Assembly (NCBI RefSeq): GCF_018350175.1
Contig: NC_058373.1
Coordinates: forward strand, 110,920,001-110,984,000
Source: Felis catus
Taxonomy: Eukaryota
Length of the DNA stretch: 64,000 nt
Reading direction: 5' to 3'
The notes below the pieces were generated by a model. It had not been told where the DNA came from. It did no database searches and worked only from the letters and a program-made list of their open reading frames with translations. The position numbers and the translations under genes are program-made. Below are positions 63,270 through 64,000 of the stretch, one piece after another (the first letter of the stretch is position 1; every line of letters begins with the position of its first letter).

Positions 63270-64000
63270 GGGTAAGCCGAGGCAGCGAGAAACAATTCCC
63301 TTTCGTGTGTATCGTGACTCGCCTTTCTGTCAGCCTAGCCTAGGCTTAGGAGGGAGCCTACATCAGAACTTTGTTTCTTCCGCGTTCCCTTCCGGGTTCC
63401 CGCCACAGGGTCCACGGGCCCGCCCCCTTTCTCCGAAGGTTTCCGAAGTCCCACTCTTGGCCGGCCGTTGTTGCCTGGGAGACCAGACCCTGCCCTCACA
63501 ACAGGGGCTAAGGGGCGGAGACTTCGAGTAGCTTCCCGAAAGCAAACACTCCAGGGTAGAATACTTGGGGCGCATGCGGCAACCGTGCCTTTGCTCTCGC
63601 GAGGCTTCGTCTTTCCGGAAGCACTAGAGGACGGCCCTTGTGAACGGCGTCGGGATGTGCGGGGGCTGTGTGGAGAAGGAGTATCCCAACCGGGTGAGCG
63701 AGTGGGCGCCGAGAACTTCTCGCCCCCTTGGCCGGTGGCCAGCCCCCGAGGCTCCTCATACCCCGGGCCGGCCTTCCCTGAGAGGCCGAGCGCGGGACGA
63801 CCCTGCCGCTCTGCCCATTCCGGTGACCCGGTAGCTGTATTTAGGCACTTGACGGCGGGGGCGGCCGGTGGCCGTCGGTTCTGCCCGCCGGTCCACGCCC
63901 TGGGGGCTGATCTCAGCCGTCGCCCCACTTCTCTTAAGTTCCAGGGTACAACAAAGGAAACCCCCCACCACCAACAATCCAGTCGACGACAAAGGGACAC
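63270..64000 (+). promoter_or_regulatory. CHURC1: CpG island / housekeeping-type promoter of CHURC1
   Basis: High CpG density. GC boxes (CCCGCCCC ~63419, GGGCGGAG ~63513), NRF1-like GCGCATGCG 63570-63578, TCTCGCGAGG 63595-63604 (one mismatch to the TCTCGCGAGA motif) and ETS-like TTCCGGAAG 63613-63621. No obvious TATA box. Confidence 0.85.
63655..63693 (+). CDS. CHURC1: Churchill zinc-binding protein, first coding exon (13 codons, phase-0 donor); the gene continues beyond the window
   Basis: ATG TGC GGG GGC TGT GTG GAG AAG GAG TAT CCC AAC CGG|GTGAGC gives MCGGCVEKEYPNR. This matches the recalled Churchill N-terminus MCGDCVEKEYPNR(G). The ATG has G at -3, lies in a CpG island, and is followed by a GT donor at 63694. 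Confidence 0.93.

Noticed and set aside
35730..63655. SPTB and CHURC1 as a shared bidirectional promoter
   Set aside because: They are divergent but ~28 kb apart, each with its own CpG island.
63335..64000. 221-aa minus-strand ORF antisense to CHURC1
   Set aside because: CpG-island artefact with low-complexity composition and no recognisable homology.

Overview
Felid (cat-like) genomic DNA, identified from dense tRNA-derived CAN-SINEs and carnivore L1s. Two CpG-island promoters point away from each other about 28 kb apart. At the right end, the first coding exon of CHURC1 (Churchill; MCGGCVEKEYPNR followed by a GTGAGC donor, 63655-63693, + strand) is directly recognisable. The island at ~35.0-36.5 kb carries a minus-strand, probably non-coding first exon ending in a consensus CAG|GTGAGT donor at 35621/35620, behind GATA/CACCC/GC-box motifs. 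By recalled synteny (SPTB lies head-to-head upstream of CHURC1 in human) this is most likely SPTB exon 1, so positions 1-35620 are SPTB intron 1 and no SPTB coding exon is seen. The rest is repeats: ~35 CAN-SINEs, young and old L1 fragments, L2, MIR, an MLT1 LTR and hAT fossils. I found no convincing novel gene system, and nearly all ORF-track entries are spurious. The best observations are (i) a stop codon in the upstream-ATG extension of CHURC1, (ii) a mixed erythroid and muscle motif cluster at the SPTB promoter, (iii) a twin-primed L1 with a 5' inversion and a ~930-nt internal loss, (iv) repeated reuse of single target sites by retroposons, (v) short 3' flank carry-overs, (vi) a non-tandem ~320-bp duplication, and (vii) a palindromic templated-insertion scar. 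Repeat boundaries and subfamily names are by eye.
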